From Mobula hypostoma (taxonomy: Eukaryota), in contig NC_086097.1 in the NCBI RefSeq assembly GCF_963921235.1, positions 91,204,001 through 91,268,000 on the forward strand: a DNA stretch of 64,000 bases, in the 5' to 3' direction. Positions 24,204-37,315 of the stretch are shown here, piece after piece. The notes below the pieces were generated by a model. That model was given only the letters and a program-made list of their open reading frames with translations. It ran no database searches and was not told the DNA's origin. The translations under genes were made by a program, and so were the position numbers. Numbering within the stretch: the first letter of the stretch is position 1; the number at the start of each line of letters is the position of its first letter.

Positions 24204-26135
24204 TTCCCAGCAGAGTACTCCAAAAGCAACTATTAAATTGGCTACCTCTGCCTCCCAGGCCACAAGTCTACAAGCAGGAGGAACATGGCCTTCTGCAGAT
24301 TCCCTTTCAGCCTGACTTGGGGGTATACTGCCAGTCCTTCATGGTGCCTGAATCTAAACCCTGGGACTTCCTGCCCAACAGCACTCCGGGACTGTTTTTG
24401 TCAAAAGGGCTACAGTGCTTCAAGCCAGCACATCACCACCTTCTCAAGGTCTAGTCTGGGCCGGCCTGCAGCTCGACAGGATCGGAATAAGCTCCAGAAA
24501 GTTGTAAACTTAGCCATCTCCATCCCGGGCACTGGCCTCCCCAGCATCCAGGACACCTTCAAGGATTGATGCCTCAAAAAGGTGGCATCCATCATTAAAG
24601 ACCTCCATCACCCAGGTCATGCCCTCTTCTCATTGCTACCATCAGGAAGAAGATATAGGAGCCTGAAGACACTCACTCAATGATTCAGGAACAGCTTCTT
24701 CCCCTCTGCCGTCTGATTTCAGAATAGACATTGAACCCAGGAACACTACCTCACTACTTGTTTTTCTCTTTCTGCATTATTTATTTAATTTAACTTGTAT
24801 ATACATATACACTTCTTACTGTAATTTAGTTTTTATTATGTATTGCAATGCCCTGCTGCTGCATAGCTGCAATTTTCATGACACATGCCAGTGATATTAA
24901 ACCTGATTCTGAAAATATGCATGGATGGGAATGTAGTTAACAAGTAATGGGTGTAGCCATTTAAAATGAAAATGTGTAGGGACTTCTATGAGAGGATGGT
25001 CAGCCACTGGAATTCTCTGCCCCCAAGGTTGTGGAGGATAGATCCCAGAGTAATGAAAGGGGGAGGTAGTTATTTTTTTAAATATCAAGGTAATGAGGAT
25101 AATGTGGAACTGGCACAGGAGACGAGTCCTCTGGCAGATCAGCCCTGATCATATTGGGGGATCCTTGAGAGACCGAGTGGCCTGTTCCTATTTTGTTAGT
25201 TTCTTATTCTTCTTAATAAGGGGAATAGATAGAGTGGACAGCCAGCGCCTCTTCCCCAGGGCACCACTGCTCAATACAAGAGGTCATGGCTTTAAGGTAA
25301 GGGGTGGGAAGTTTCAAGGGGGATATTAGAGGAAGGTTTTTTACTCAGAGAGTGGTTGGCGCGTGGAATGCACTGCCTGAGTCAGTGGTGGAGGCAGATA
25401 CACTGGTGAAGCTTAAGAGACTACTGGACAGGTATATGGAGGAATCTAAGGTGGGGGCTTATATGGGAGACAGGGTTTGAGGGTCGGCACAACATTGTGG
25501 GCTGAATGGCCTGTACTGTGCTGTACTATTCTATGCTCTATGTTCTATGTTTAGTTTCTAGTAGTCAAGGTTCGTCTCAATGCTCTCTCAGAACGGCAAT
25601 GAATCATTAACCTGGCCTCTTTGTTCAGGCATCCAAAATTGGGCCTGAACTTAGTGACCCAAAATTAGAATACCGCCCATTGACAGATGGTACCTTACAG
25701 CTGGTCCCTGTCATCCAAGTTGGTGATTTTAACCCAGTTCATATTCATTGGCACTGGTAGAAGGACAAATTATATAACCAGCAATTGAAAATCTGACATG
25801 CATTGGGGAGAGTGTTTGTCAGGGCCTGTCAACTGCACTGTAAGGAAGATCACTGTAGGGAAATGGAGATAGTGCAGGAACACAGAGCTGAAGTAGAAGT
25901 TCAGCCATGGTCTTATGTATGGCAGCACAGGCTGGAAAGGATAGGCAATCTATTGCAATTCATAATTCTTACAGTTATTGCATATCTATTTCATAACTTG
26001 AATTATCTTTCAGTTGAGCATTCAAGGAGTTATCCAGAACTTTCATGAGCCTGGTAGGGCTGGCTGTTTTCTTAGCTAATCGGAGTCCAATGTGCTTTGT
26101 CGTAAAACCTCTGATTGTACCTGGGTTGAACAAGC
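24200..26135 (-). repeat. Right arm of 1,936-bp inverted duplication
   Basis: Reverse complement of 21428-23363; I noticed two substitutions near the outer end. Confidence 0.97.
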
Positions 26136-27339
26136 ATAGTGATCCTTAAACATGATGATCCTTGTACTCAACAGGAGCAGGAACTTCCCTTTGGAACACA
26201 AAATGTGGTGATATACGGAGCAAAAACAAATATTTAGTCCTTTTCAATTTAAATTAATAAAGCCAGGAAGAAATATTTGTTGCAGTGAGTTATATTTGGT
26301 TTATCAAATGTGGATATTTTGGTTGAATTTAAAGAGTAATCAGGTGCATAAACTAAGGCACAAATTAACAAATACAGAGAGTGACTTAATCACATCACTT
26401 ACAGTAAGTTAATTAATTGTGGAAATCAGTAAACTAATTAACTGTAATGAGTAATACAAATTTATAGTTAAAATCTACTTGGTTATGATGCAGAGTTGTA
26501 GACAGATATGGATGGAAGCCTCTCAGGAACCATCTCTGAACAGAGTTATTTTATAGTAACTGTAGGCTCCTATGATTGAGTACCACTATCAAATCACAGA
26601 ATTAATTGCATAGAAATCAGCTGTTGGACCAAATATGTCATGTTGGCACTTATTCATATCTTTTTTTTATTTCTTTAGGTTTTCCAGTCTCATCTGCCCT
26701 ACTTGGGTCTGCTCTACTTTCCTATCGTTAATCCGTTTATTTTGTCATATTGAGCCCTCCTCATTAACTAAATCCTCACCTCTCCCACCATCCAGGCACC
26801 CGCCCCCCCAAGCCCATCTCTACTCTTAACTTGGATCCCTGCCTCATTCTTCCAAATTTCTGAATGACCTTTATTTTCTCTCTCATTTCTTCTTCAGTGT
26901 CTGCTCTTCCTTATCACCCAGCTTCCAGATACTTCCCTTTCCCTCCTCATTCTCTTCAAGTCCCTTTCTGGTTTTGTCCCTTTCCTGCATTCCCTGTGAT
27001 TCTGTGACTCTGCAACCTGTATTAGACTTACCACTTACACACTCAGTTACTTCCTACAGATTCTTGAGAAAAATTCAATGCAACTCCATATGCCCCCAGT
27101 ACCAAACGCATTCAGGGATAGAATGGTCTATCAAGCTCAATGTTTCCCTCCTCTATACCCATTTACCTTCCATCTTTTATCCCTTCTTTAAATTCTTTTT
27201 TGTTTGAATTTTAATGTTGGTTCATGCTGTCAATCTCCTTCCAACTACTCAGACTCTTCCATATCAGACTCAGATTTACTATCACTGGTACATAGAAAAT
27301 GCAAGTTCACACATAGGGCTACAGAGCATAGTACAGGCC

Positions 27340-28972
27340 CAAGGAGATGGCAGATGAACTAAATGAGTATTTTGCATCAGTCTTCACTGTGGAAGACAAT
27401 AGCAGTGTGCCAGATGTTGAAGGGTGTGAGGGAAGAGAAGTGAGTGCAGTTACTATTACAAGGGAGAAGGTGCTCAGAAAGCCGAAGGACCTAAGGGTCC
27501 AGATGAACTGCATGCTAGAGTTCTGAAACAGGTAGCTGTGGAGATTGTGGAGGCATTAGTAATGATCTTTCAAAAATCATAGGTGCCAGAGGACTGGAAA
27601 ATTTCAAATGTCACTCCACTCGTTAAGAAAGGAGAAAGGCAGCAGAAAGGAAATTATAGACCAGTTAGCCTGACCTCAGTAGTTGGGAAGATGTTGGAGT
27701 CAATTGTTAAGGATGAGGTTATGGAGTACTTGGTGACACAAGACAAGATAGGACAAAGTCAACATGGCTTATGTAAAGGAAAATCTTGCCTGACAAGCCT
27801 GTTGGAATTCTTTGAGGAGATTACATGTAGGATAAATAAACGGGATGCAGTGGATGTTGTATATTTGGACTTTCTAGAAGGACTTTGACAAGGTGCAACA
27901 CATGAGGCTGCTTACCAACTTAGAAGACTATAGTACTATGGGGACGGTACTAACATGGTTAGAGCATTGGCTGATTAGTAGGAGGTAGCAAGTGGGAATA
28001 AAAGGATCCTTTTCTGGATGCCAGTGACTAGTGGTGTTCTGCAGGGGTCAGTGCTGGGACCACTTCTTTTTATGCTGATAATGAAATAGATTTTATTGCC
28101 AAGTTTGCAGATGATACGAAGATTGGTGGAGGAGCAGGTAGTGTTGAGGAAACAGGTAGGCTGCAGAAGGACAGTCAGATTACGAGAAAGGGCAAGAGTG
28201 GTAAATGAAATACAGTGTTGGAAAATGAATGGTCATGCACTTTGGTAGTAGAAATAAATTTGCAGACCATTTTCTAAATGGGGAGATGCAAAGGGATTGG
28301 GAGTCCTTGTGTAGAACACCTTAAAGGTTAACTTGCAGTTAAGAGTCAGTAGTGAGGAAGCAAATGCAATGTTAGCATTCATTTCAAGAAGTCTGATGTG
28401 ATGCTGAGGCTCACCTTGAGTATTGTGAACAGTTTTGCGTTCCACACCTAAGAAAAGATGTTCTGGCATTGGAGAGGATTCAGAGGAGGTTCATGAGGTC
28501 GATTCTGGGAATGAAAGGGTTATCATACGAGGAACGTTTGCTATCTCTGTCTCGGTACTCACTAGAATTTAGAAGGATTTGGGGGGGGGATCTCGTTGAA
28601 ACCTTTCGAATGTTGAAAGGATTAGACAGAGTAGATGTGGAAAGGATGTTTCCCATGGTGGGGGAGTCTAGGACAAGAGGGCACAGCCTCAGGATAGAGG
28701 CGTCCATTTAAAACAGGGATGTGGAGAAATTTCTTTAGCTAGAGGCTGCTGAATTTGTGGAATTTATTATCACAAGCAGCTGTGGAGACGAGTTCATTGG
28801 GTGTGTTTAAGACAGAGCTTGATAAGTTCTTGATTGAACACGGCATCAAAGGTTATGGAGAGAAGGCTGGGGAGTGGTGCTAAGCAGGGGAAAGAGGGAT
28901 CAGCCATGACTGAAGAGCGGAGCAGACTTGATGAACCAAATGGCCTAATTCTGCTCCAATTTCTTATGGTCG
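27340..28972 (+). mobile_element. Degenerate CR1 LINE (RT region to 3' end)
   Basis: PEDWKISNVTPL..NYRPVSLTSVVGK..SQHG..AVDVVYLDF; TRGHSLRI; many stops. Confidence 0.9.
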
Positions 28973-29109
28973 TCTGTTCAAACTATGAATACATTATATA
29001 ATCTCGAGATTCGTCTCTTAGCAGGCAGCCACAAAATGAAGAAACCTCATAAGAAACATTAAAAATCCATCAAACATCAAAAATGCAGAGAAAATAAAGA
29101 ATGACCATA

Positions 29110-29745
29110 ATCTGTATGGATCAGGAGTAACATCTCTGCCTCACTGATCCTCAACACTGGCGCACTTCAAGCCTACTGCCCTCCTCTTTATACACCCGTG
29201 ATTGTGCGGCTGGGCAGAGCTAGGAGCTGAAATGTCATCTGCTGACAACACAACTATTGCTTATCAGAATTTCAGATGGCGTTGAGAAGGTGTACACGAG
29301 CAAGATGGATCAGCTGCTTGAGTGGTGTTGCAGCAACAACTTTATACTCGACATCAGTAAGAACAAAGAATTCATTGTGGACTTCAAAAGGAGTAGAACA
29401 AGGGGATTCCACATTGAGGGATCAGAAATGGAAAGGGTGAGCAGTTTCAAATTCCTGGGTGTCAATATTTCCGAGGGTCTATCCTGGGCCCAATATAATG
29501 ATTCAGTTACGAAGAAAGCACGACAGTGGTTATATTTCATTAGAAGTTTGAGGAGAATCTCCAGATGTACCGTGGAGAGGGGGTATTGTACAGGATGGAA
29601 ACAAGTAGCATCCAGGACATCTTCAAGGAGAGATGCCTCAAAAAGGCAACGTCCGTCATTAAGGACCCCCATTACCCAAGATATGCACTCATGCACACAC
29701 TCAATGATTCCTGAACAACTTCTTCCCCCTGCCTTCAGATTGCTA
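29110..29745 (+). mobile_element. Rex1/Babar-type LINE remnant
   Basis: [41 protein letters not shown]. Confidence 0.8.
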
Positions 29746-29789
29746 GGTGGATGATTCCTTCTCATATAGCCCTTCATTGTTCTTTCATC

Positions 29790-31950
29790 CTTGTGCTCAT
29801 TTAAGAAGCTCTTAATTGCTTTAATGTATCTTTCTGTACCACCATCCCTATGCATCCACCACTCTCTGTAAAAAAACTACCTCTGAAATCTCCCCTATAT
29901 TTTCCTCCAATCATCGTAACATCTCGCATTAACTACTTCCACCCTAAGAAAAAGGCACCAGCTATCCACTCAATCTATGGATCGTAGCATCTTGTCCACA
30001 TCTCAAATCACCTCTCATTCTCCTTCACTCTAAAGAGAAAATCGTAGATCACTCAACCTTTCCTCATAAGAATTGCTCTCTAACCCAGGAATTGTCCTGG
30101 TAAAGCTCCTCTGCACCCTCCCCTCTCTAAAACTTCCACATCCTTCCTATGCAAACACAAGGAAATCTGGAGATGCTGGAATGTCAAGCAACACACATAA
30201 AAATTGCCAGTGAACGCAGCAGGCCAGGCAGCATCTATAAGAAGAGGTGCAGTGGATGTTTCGGGCCGAGACCCTTCGTCAGGACTAACTGAAAGAAGAG
30301 ATATTAAGAGATTTGAAAGTGGGAGGAGGAGTGGGAGATCTGAAATGATAGGAGAAGACAGGAGGGGGAGGGATGGAGCCAAGAGCTGGACAGTTGATTG
30401 GAAAAAGGGATATGAGAGGATCATGGGATAGGAGGCCCAGGGAGAAAGAAAGGGGGAGGGAGGAAGCCCAGAGGATGGGCAAGGAATATAGTGAGAGGGA
30501 CAGAGGGAGAAAAAGGAGAGAGAAAAAAATATATACATATAATAATGATAAATAAATAAATAACGGATGGAGTACAAAGGGGAGGTGGGGCATTAACGGA
30601 AGTTAGAGAAGTCAGTGTTCATGCCATCAGGTTGGAGGCTATCCAGACAGAATATAACGTGTTGTTCCTCCAACCTGAGTGTGGCTTCATCTTGACAGTA
30701 GAGGAGGCTGTGGATAGACATATCCGAATGGGAATGGGACGTGGAATTAAAATGTGTGGTCACTGGGAGATCCTGTTTTCTCTGGCAGACAGAGCGTAGG
30801 TGTTCAGCAAAGCCGTCTCCCAGTCTGCGTCAGGTCTTGCCAATATATAGAAGGCCGCACCGGGAGCACCGGACGCAGTATATCACCCCAGCCGACTCAC
30901 AAGTGAAGTGTTGCCTCACCTGGAAGGACTGTCTGGGGCCCTGAATGGTGGTGAGGGAGGAAGTGTAAGGGCATGTGTAGCACTTGTTCCGCTTACACGG
31001 ATAAGTGCCAGGAGGGAGATCAGTGGGGAGGGAAGGGGGGGACGAATGGACAAGGGAGTCGCGTAGGGAGCGATCCCTGCGGAAAGCGGGGGGGGGGAGG
31101 GAAAGATGTGCTTAGTGGTGGGATCCCGTTGGAGGTGGTGGAAGTTACAGAGAATTATATGTTGGACCTGGAGGCTGGTGAGTTGGTAGGTGCGGACAAG
31201 GGGAACCCTATTCCTAGTGGGGTGGCAGGAGGATGGGGTGAGAGCAGATGTGCGTGAAATGGGGGAGATGCGTTTGAGAGCAGAGTTGATGGTGGAGGAA
31301 GGGAAGCCCCTTTCTTTAAAAAAGGAGGACATCTCCTTCATCCTGGAATGAAAAGCCTCATCCTGAGAGCAGATGCGGCAGAGACGGAGGAATTGTGAGA
31401 AGGGGATGGCATTTTTGCAAGAGACAGGGTGAGAAGAGGAATAGTCCAGGTAGCTGTGAAAGTCCGTAGGCTTATAGTAGACATCAGAGATAGAGACAGA
31501 AAGATCCAGAAAGGGGAGGGAGGTGTCGGAAATGGACCAGGTAAACTTGAGAGCAGGGTGAAAGTTGGAGGCAAAGTTAATGAAGTCAACGAGCTCAGCA
31601 TGTGTGCAGGAAGCAGCGCCAATGCAGTCATTGATGTAGCAAAGAAAAAGTCGGGGACAGATACCAGTATAGGCTTGGAACATGAATTGGTTCACAAAGC
31701 CAACAAAAAGGCAGGCATAGCTGGGACCCGTACAGGTGCCCATGGCTACACCTTTAGTTTGGAGGAAGTGGGAGGAGCCAAAGGAGAAATTATTAAGAGT
31801 AAGGACTAATTCTGCTAGAATCCTTCCTATAATGAGGTGACCAGAACTGAACACAATACTCCAAGGGTGGTCTAAGCAGAGTTTTACAGATCTTCACAGC
31901 TCTTTAGCTCAGTCCGCCAATCAATAAAGACCAGCAGTGCAAGACCTCTA
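29790..31950 (-). mobile_element. Old CR1 3' remnant split by a PLE insertion
   Basis: CR1-like sequence on both sides of 30151-31819 rejoins as ..TTCCACATCCTTCCTATAATGAGGTGACCAGAACTGAACACAATACTCCAAG. Confidence 0.7.
30151..31819 (-). mobile_element. 5'-truncated Penelope-like element (RT C-terminus, GIY-YIG, 3' terminal repeat)
   Basis: ORF 30916..31854 has LTLNNFSF..QTKGVAMGT..GPSYACLF..YINDCIG..DVYYKPTD; linker CKRNKCYTC near 30973-30999; decayed hammerhead at 30251-30286; 11-bp TSD ATCCTTCCTAT (30140-30150, 31820-31830). Confidence 0.93.
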
Positions 31951-32314
31951 CTCTCTTGCTGCATTTTCCCTCCTTTTCCAAAGTTAAAAGTTTGAAGTAA
32001 ATTTATTATCAAAGTACAGTATGTATATGCGAATTCCTTTTCTTGCAGACACTTAAAGAAAAAACAGAAATCAATAGAATTCTCTGAAAAGCTGCACATA
32101 AGCAGACAAAGACTGCCAGACAACCAATGTGCAAAAGACAAACTGTGCAAATAAAAAAATAATATTGAGAACATGAGTTGTAAAAGTCTTTGAAAGTGAA
32201 TCTGAAGTTTGTAGAATAAGTTCAGAGTTGTGGTGAGTGGAGTTATCCACACAGATTTAGGGAGCCATATGGCTGTAGAGTAATAACTATATCTTCATCT
32301 TCCACCTTAACCTA

Positions 32315-35300
32315 AGACCATAAGATATAGGAGTAGAATTAGGACATTCAGCCCATCGAGAGAGTCCAATCCTCCATTCCATCATGGCCAATTTATTATC
32401 CCTCTGTACCTCGTTCTCCTACCATCTCCCTGTTACCACTGATGCACTGACTAATCAGGAGCCTATCAAACTCCGCATTAAATCACCCAATTACTTAGCC
32501 TTCAGGGTCATCTGTGGCAATGAATTCCACACGTTCACTACCCTTTGGCAAAAGAAATTACTCCTTATCTCTGTTCTAACTGGACATTCCGCTATTCTGA
32601 AGCTGTACCCTCTGGTCCTAGACTCCCACACTAGAGGAAACATCCTTACTACATCTAGGCCTTTCAATATTCAATAGGTTTCAATGAGATCACCCCTCAT
32701 TCTACTAAACTCTAGCAAGTACAGTCCCAGAGCCAAACTCTCCTCAGATGTTAAGCCTTTCATTCCTGGAATCATTCTTGCGAACCTCCTCTGGACCCTC
32801 TACAAGGCCATACATCTTTTCTTAGATAATGAGCCCAAATCTGCTCACAATGCTCCGTCTGGTCTGGCCAGTGCCTTATAAAGGCTCAGCGTTACATCTT
32901 TGCTCTTATATTTTCATCTTCTTCAAATGAATGCTAATATTGCATTTATCTTCCTTACCACTGACTCAACCTGCAAGTTAACTGTTAGGGAATCCTGCAC
33001 AAGGATTCCAAGTCCCATTGAATCTCTGATTTTTGAATTTTCTCCCCAATTAGAAAATAGTCTATGCCTTTATTCCTTTTACCAAAGTTCATGACCGTAC
33101 ATTTCTTTCCATTTGTCACTGAGTCCCTCTGCAGACACCTTGCTTCCTCAGTACTACCCGCCCTTCTACCTATCTTCGTATTGTCCGCAAACTTGGCAAC
33201 AAAGCCATCAATCCCATAATCCAAATTATTGACATGCACGTAAAAAGAAGCAAACCCAACATCGACTTCTGTGGAACTCTACTTGTCACCAGCAGCCAAT
33301 TCAGAAAGGCTCCCTATACTCCCACTCTTTGCCTCCTGCCAATCAGCCAATGCTCTATCCATTTGAGTATCTTTCCTGAAATACCATGGGCTCTTATCTT
33401 GTTAAGCAAGCTTCATGTGCAGCATCTTATCAAATGCCTTCTGATATTCCAAGTTTACAACACCACTGACCCTCCTCTGTCTCATTATTTACATAGAAAC
33501 ATAGAAACATAGAAAATAGGTGCAGGAGTAGGCCATTTGGCCCTTCGAGCCTGCACCGCCATTTATTATGATCATGGCTGATCATCCAACTCAGAACCCC
33601 GCCCCAGCCTTCCCTCCATACCCCCTGACCCCCGTAGCCACAAGGGCCATATCTAACTCCCTCTTAAACATAGCCAATGAACTGGCCTCAACAGTTTCCT
33701 GTGGCAGAGAATTCCACAGATTCACCACTCTCTGTGTGAAGAAGTTTTTCCTAATCTCGGTCCTAAAAGGCTTCCCCTCTATCCTCAAACTGTGGCCCCT
33801 CGTTCTGGACTTCCCCAACATTGGGAACAATCTTCCTGCATCTAGCCTGTCCAATCCTTTTAGGATTTTATACGTTTCAATCAGATCCCCCCTCAATCTT
33901 CTAAATTCCAATGAGTACAAGCCCAGTTCATCCAGTCTTTCTTCATATGAAAGTCCTGCCATCCCAGGAATCAATCTGGTGAACCTTCTTTGTACTCCCT
34001 CTATGGCAAGGATGTCTTTCCTCAGATTAGGGGACCAAAACTGCACACAATACTCCAGGTGTGGTCTCACCAAGGCCTTGTACAACTGCAGTAGTACCTC
34101 CCTGCTCCTGTACTCGAATCCTCTCGCTATAAATGCCAGTATACCATTCGCCTTTTTCACCGCCTGCTGTACCTGCATGCCCACTTTCAATGACTGGTGT
34201 ATAATGACACCCAGGTCTCATTGCACCTCCCCTTTTCCTAATCGGCCACCATTCAGATAATAATCTGTTTTCCTATTTTTGCCACCAAAGTGGATAACTT
34301 CACATTTATCCACATTAAATTGCATCTGCCATGAATTTGCCCACTCACCCAACCTATCCAAGTCACCCTGAATCCCCTTAGCATCCTCCTCACAGCTAAC
34401 ACTGCCACCCAGCTTCATGTCATCTGCAAACTTGAAGATGCTGCATTTAATTCCCTCATCCAAGTCATTAATATATATTGTAAACAACTGGGCTCCCAGC
34501 ACTGAGCCTTGCGGTACCCCACTAGTCACTGCCTGCCATTCTGAAAAGGTCCCGTTTATTCCCACTCTTTGCTTCCTGTCTGCTAACCAATTCTCCACCC
34601 ACACCAATACCTTACCCCCAATACCGTGTGCTTTAAGTTTGCACACTAATCTCCTGTGTGGGACCTTGTCAAAAGTCTTTTGAAAATCCAAATATACCAC
34701 ATCCACTGGTTCTCCCCTATCCACTCTACTAGTTACATGTTCAAAGAATTCCGACAGATTTGTCAGGCAATATTCCTCCTTAAGGAAACCATGCTAACTG
34801 TGTCCTATTTTATAATGTGCTTCCAAGAATCCCAAAACCTCATCCTTAATAATGTACTCCGACATCTTCCCAACCACTGAAGTCGGTTAAGTGGCTTATA
34901 ATTTCCTTTCTTCTGCATCTCTCTCTTCTTAAAGAGTAGAGTGACCTTTTCAATTTTGCAGTCCTCTGGAACCATTCCAGAATGTAGTGATTCTTCAAAA
35001 ATCATTAATAATACTTCTACAATCTCTTCAGCTACCTCCTTCAGAATTGAAGGATGTAGTCCATCTGGTCCAGATGACTTACCTACCTTCAGACTATTCA
35101 GCTTCCTAATCATCTTCTTCTTAAGAAGAGCAACTACCCTCACTTCTGCCACATGACATTCTTGAATTACTGACATACTGCTAGTATCTTACACACTGAA
35201 GATAGACACAAAATACTTATTTAGATCATCTGCTGTTTCTTTGTCCCCTATTACTACCTCTCTAGCATAACTTTACAGTGGTCCCATATTCCCTCTTGCC

Positions 35301-36735
35301 TCTCTTTTTACTATTTACATATCTGAAAAAAAAACTTTTGGTATCCTCTTTGATATTATTGGCTAGCTTATCTTAATGTGTAATTTTTTCTCTTCTTATG
35401 GCTTTTTTACTTGCTTTCTGTTGGTTTTTAAAAGCTTCCGATTCCTCTAACTTCCCACCAAATTTGCTATATTATTTACTCTCTCTTTGGCATTTATACT
35501 GTTTTGACTTCCCTTGTCATCTACAGTAGCCTCATCCTCCCTTTAGAATACTTCTTTGGGATGTATCTATCTGAATTGCTCCCAAAAGCTCCAGCTCGTG
35601 TCCCCTTCCAATCAACTTTTGCCAGTTCCTCTGTCATGCCTCTGTATCTCCCTTTACTCCACTGTAATACTAATACATCAGATGTTAGCAGTGTGAACTC
35701 GATCATAATATGATCACTGCTTCCTTATGATTCCTGTACCTTAAGCTCCCTAATCAAAACTGGTTCATTACACAACACCCAATTCAGAATCGACTTTCCT
35801 CTGGTGAGCTCAACATCAAGCTGCTCTAAAAGCATTCTACGAATTCCACCTCTTGAAATCTAGCACCAAGTTGATTTTCTCTACCCAGCTGCATATTGAA
35901 ATCCCCCATGACTATCATAACATTGCCCTTTTTACATGCCTTCTCTACCTCCCGTTGTAATTTGTACCCCACACCCTGACTACTGTTCTGAGGCATACTG
36001 TAACTCCTCATCAAGATTTCTTTATCCTTGCAGTTTCTTATCTATATTCTGAAGCATTCTACAACTTCTAATCCTATGTCACCCACTCTCAGCATTTAAT
36101 TTAACTTTTACCAACAGAGACACCCCACCCCTTTTGCCTGCCTGCCTGTCTTTTCAATATAATGTGTATTCTTGGATGTTAAGCTCTCAACTATCATCTT
36201 CTTTTAGCCGGGCCTCAATGATGTCCACAATATCATACCTACCAGTCTTTAACTGTGCCTCAAGATCATTTCTTTCTTGTTGAGTATACGATGCGTATTC
36301 AAATATAACACCTTCTGTCCTGTATTCATCACCCTTTTCGATTTTGCTCCCATGTCAACTCAGTTCACTGACTGCAATTTTGCCCTATTATCACACTCTC
36401 TCTACACACTACATTACTACTTGTATAACAACTACCCCAGCATCGGCCCTATCACTCGAGTTCCCAACTCCTTGCAAAATTAGTTTAAACTTTACCCCAA
36501 AACTCCCAAAGTGCCCAAGATGATATCGATCTTCTTCAGGTTCACGTATAACCCATCCTTTTTGTACAGGTCATACCTTCCCCAGAGGAGATTGCAATGA
36601 TCCAAAAAGCTGAAACACTGCCCCCCTGCACCAATTCCTCAGCCACATATTCATCTGGCAAATTATCCTATTGTTACCCTCACTGTTGTGAGGCAGAGGC
36701 AGCAAGCTAGAGATTACTAGCCTGGGTGTCCTCTA
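32315..36735 (-). mobile_element. Old, long CR1 LINE (endonuclease plus RT region) with a nested younger CR1
   Basis: 3' end ACCATAAGATATAGGAGTAGAATTAGG; FVAKFADNTKIG, KSSGPDGLHPSILKE, VMIVMGDFN fragments. Confidence 0.85.
33492..34770 (-). mobile_element. Young 5'-truncated CR1 copy (same family as 157-1231)
   Basis: (CATAGAAA)n tail; ORFs 33591..34190 and 34218..34724 with VDVVYLDFQKTFDKV, GVPQGS and FADD; one in-frame stop. Confidence 0.93.
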
Positions 36736-37134
36736 TCTATTAACCTTCCTCTATAACTCAGTTTTTTTAAATTTATTCATCCGTGAATGTAGATAGATCA
36801 AGGCTGTCTTAATGCCTTTTGGAAAGTGGAGGTGAACCACTTCCTGAAGCATTGCAGTCATCCTGATGAAGGGGCTCCCATGTTGCTGCTGGGTAAGGAG
36901 TGCCAAGATGGAGTGGTCTGTAACTTGGAGAGGTACTTACTTACTTGCAGGCGATCCCTGGTGTTGTTTTTCTTCTCAGTGAAAGAAGTGATCAGCTTTG
37001 AAGAAGGTGCACAGGAAACTTGGGCTATCTGCTGACATGCATTTTGTGAAATGTTTAGGTTACAAACATTGGGTCCTTGTGGTTGAAAAAGTTAGCATTG
37101 CTTTACTATCCACAAAATGTATTTATTTGTTAAT

Positions 37135-37315
37135 TTGTTTATTTTTACAGCACGGAGTACGTACTTCGAGACCCGCTGCCCAGCATTCCCCCAATTTAAC
37201 CCTAGCCTAATCACAAGATAACTTACAATGACTAATTAACCTACCAATTGGTACATCTTTGGACTTTGGAGGAAACCCACATGGTCACAGGAAGAACATA
37301 CAAACTCCTTACAGG
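37135..37315 (-). mobile_element. SINE remnant
   Basis: CCCCAATTTAACCCTAGCCTAATCAC..ACTTACAATGAC.AATTAACCTACCAA..TCTTTGGACT; same family as the truncated copy at 23990-24120. Confidence 0.65.

Noticed and set aside
21428..26135. Foldback or Polinton-like transposon with long terminal inverted repeats
   Set aside because: No TSD at the outer ends, arms are ordinary genomic mosaic DNA, and the spacer encodes nothing recognisable
26750..27010. CT-rich tract
   Set aside because: Low-complexity sequence with no periodicity or interpretable structure
33568..34260. 230-aa plus-strand ORF (also 241..462, 646..927, 946..1296)
   Set aside because: Antisense shadows of CR1 ORF2
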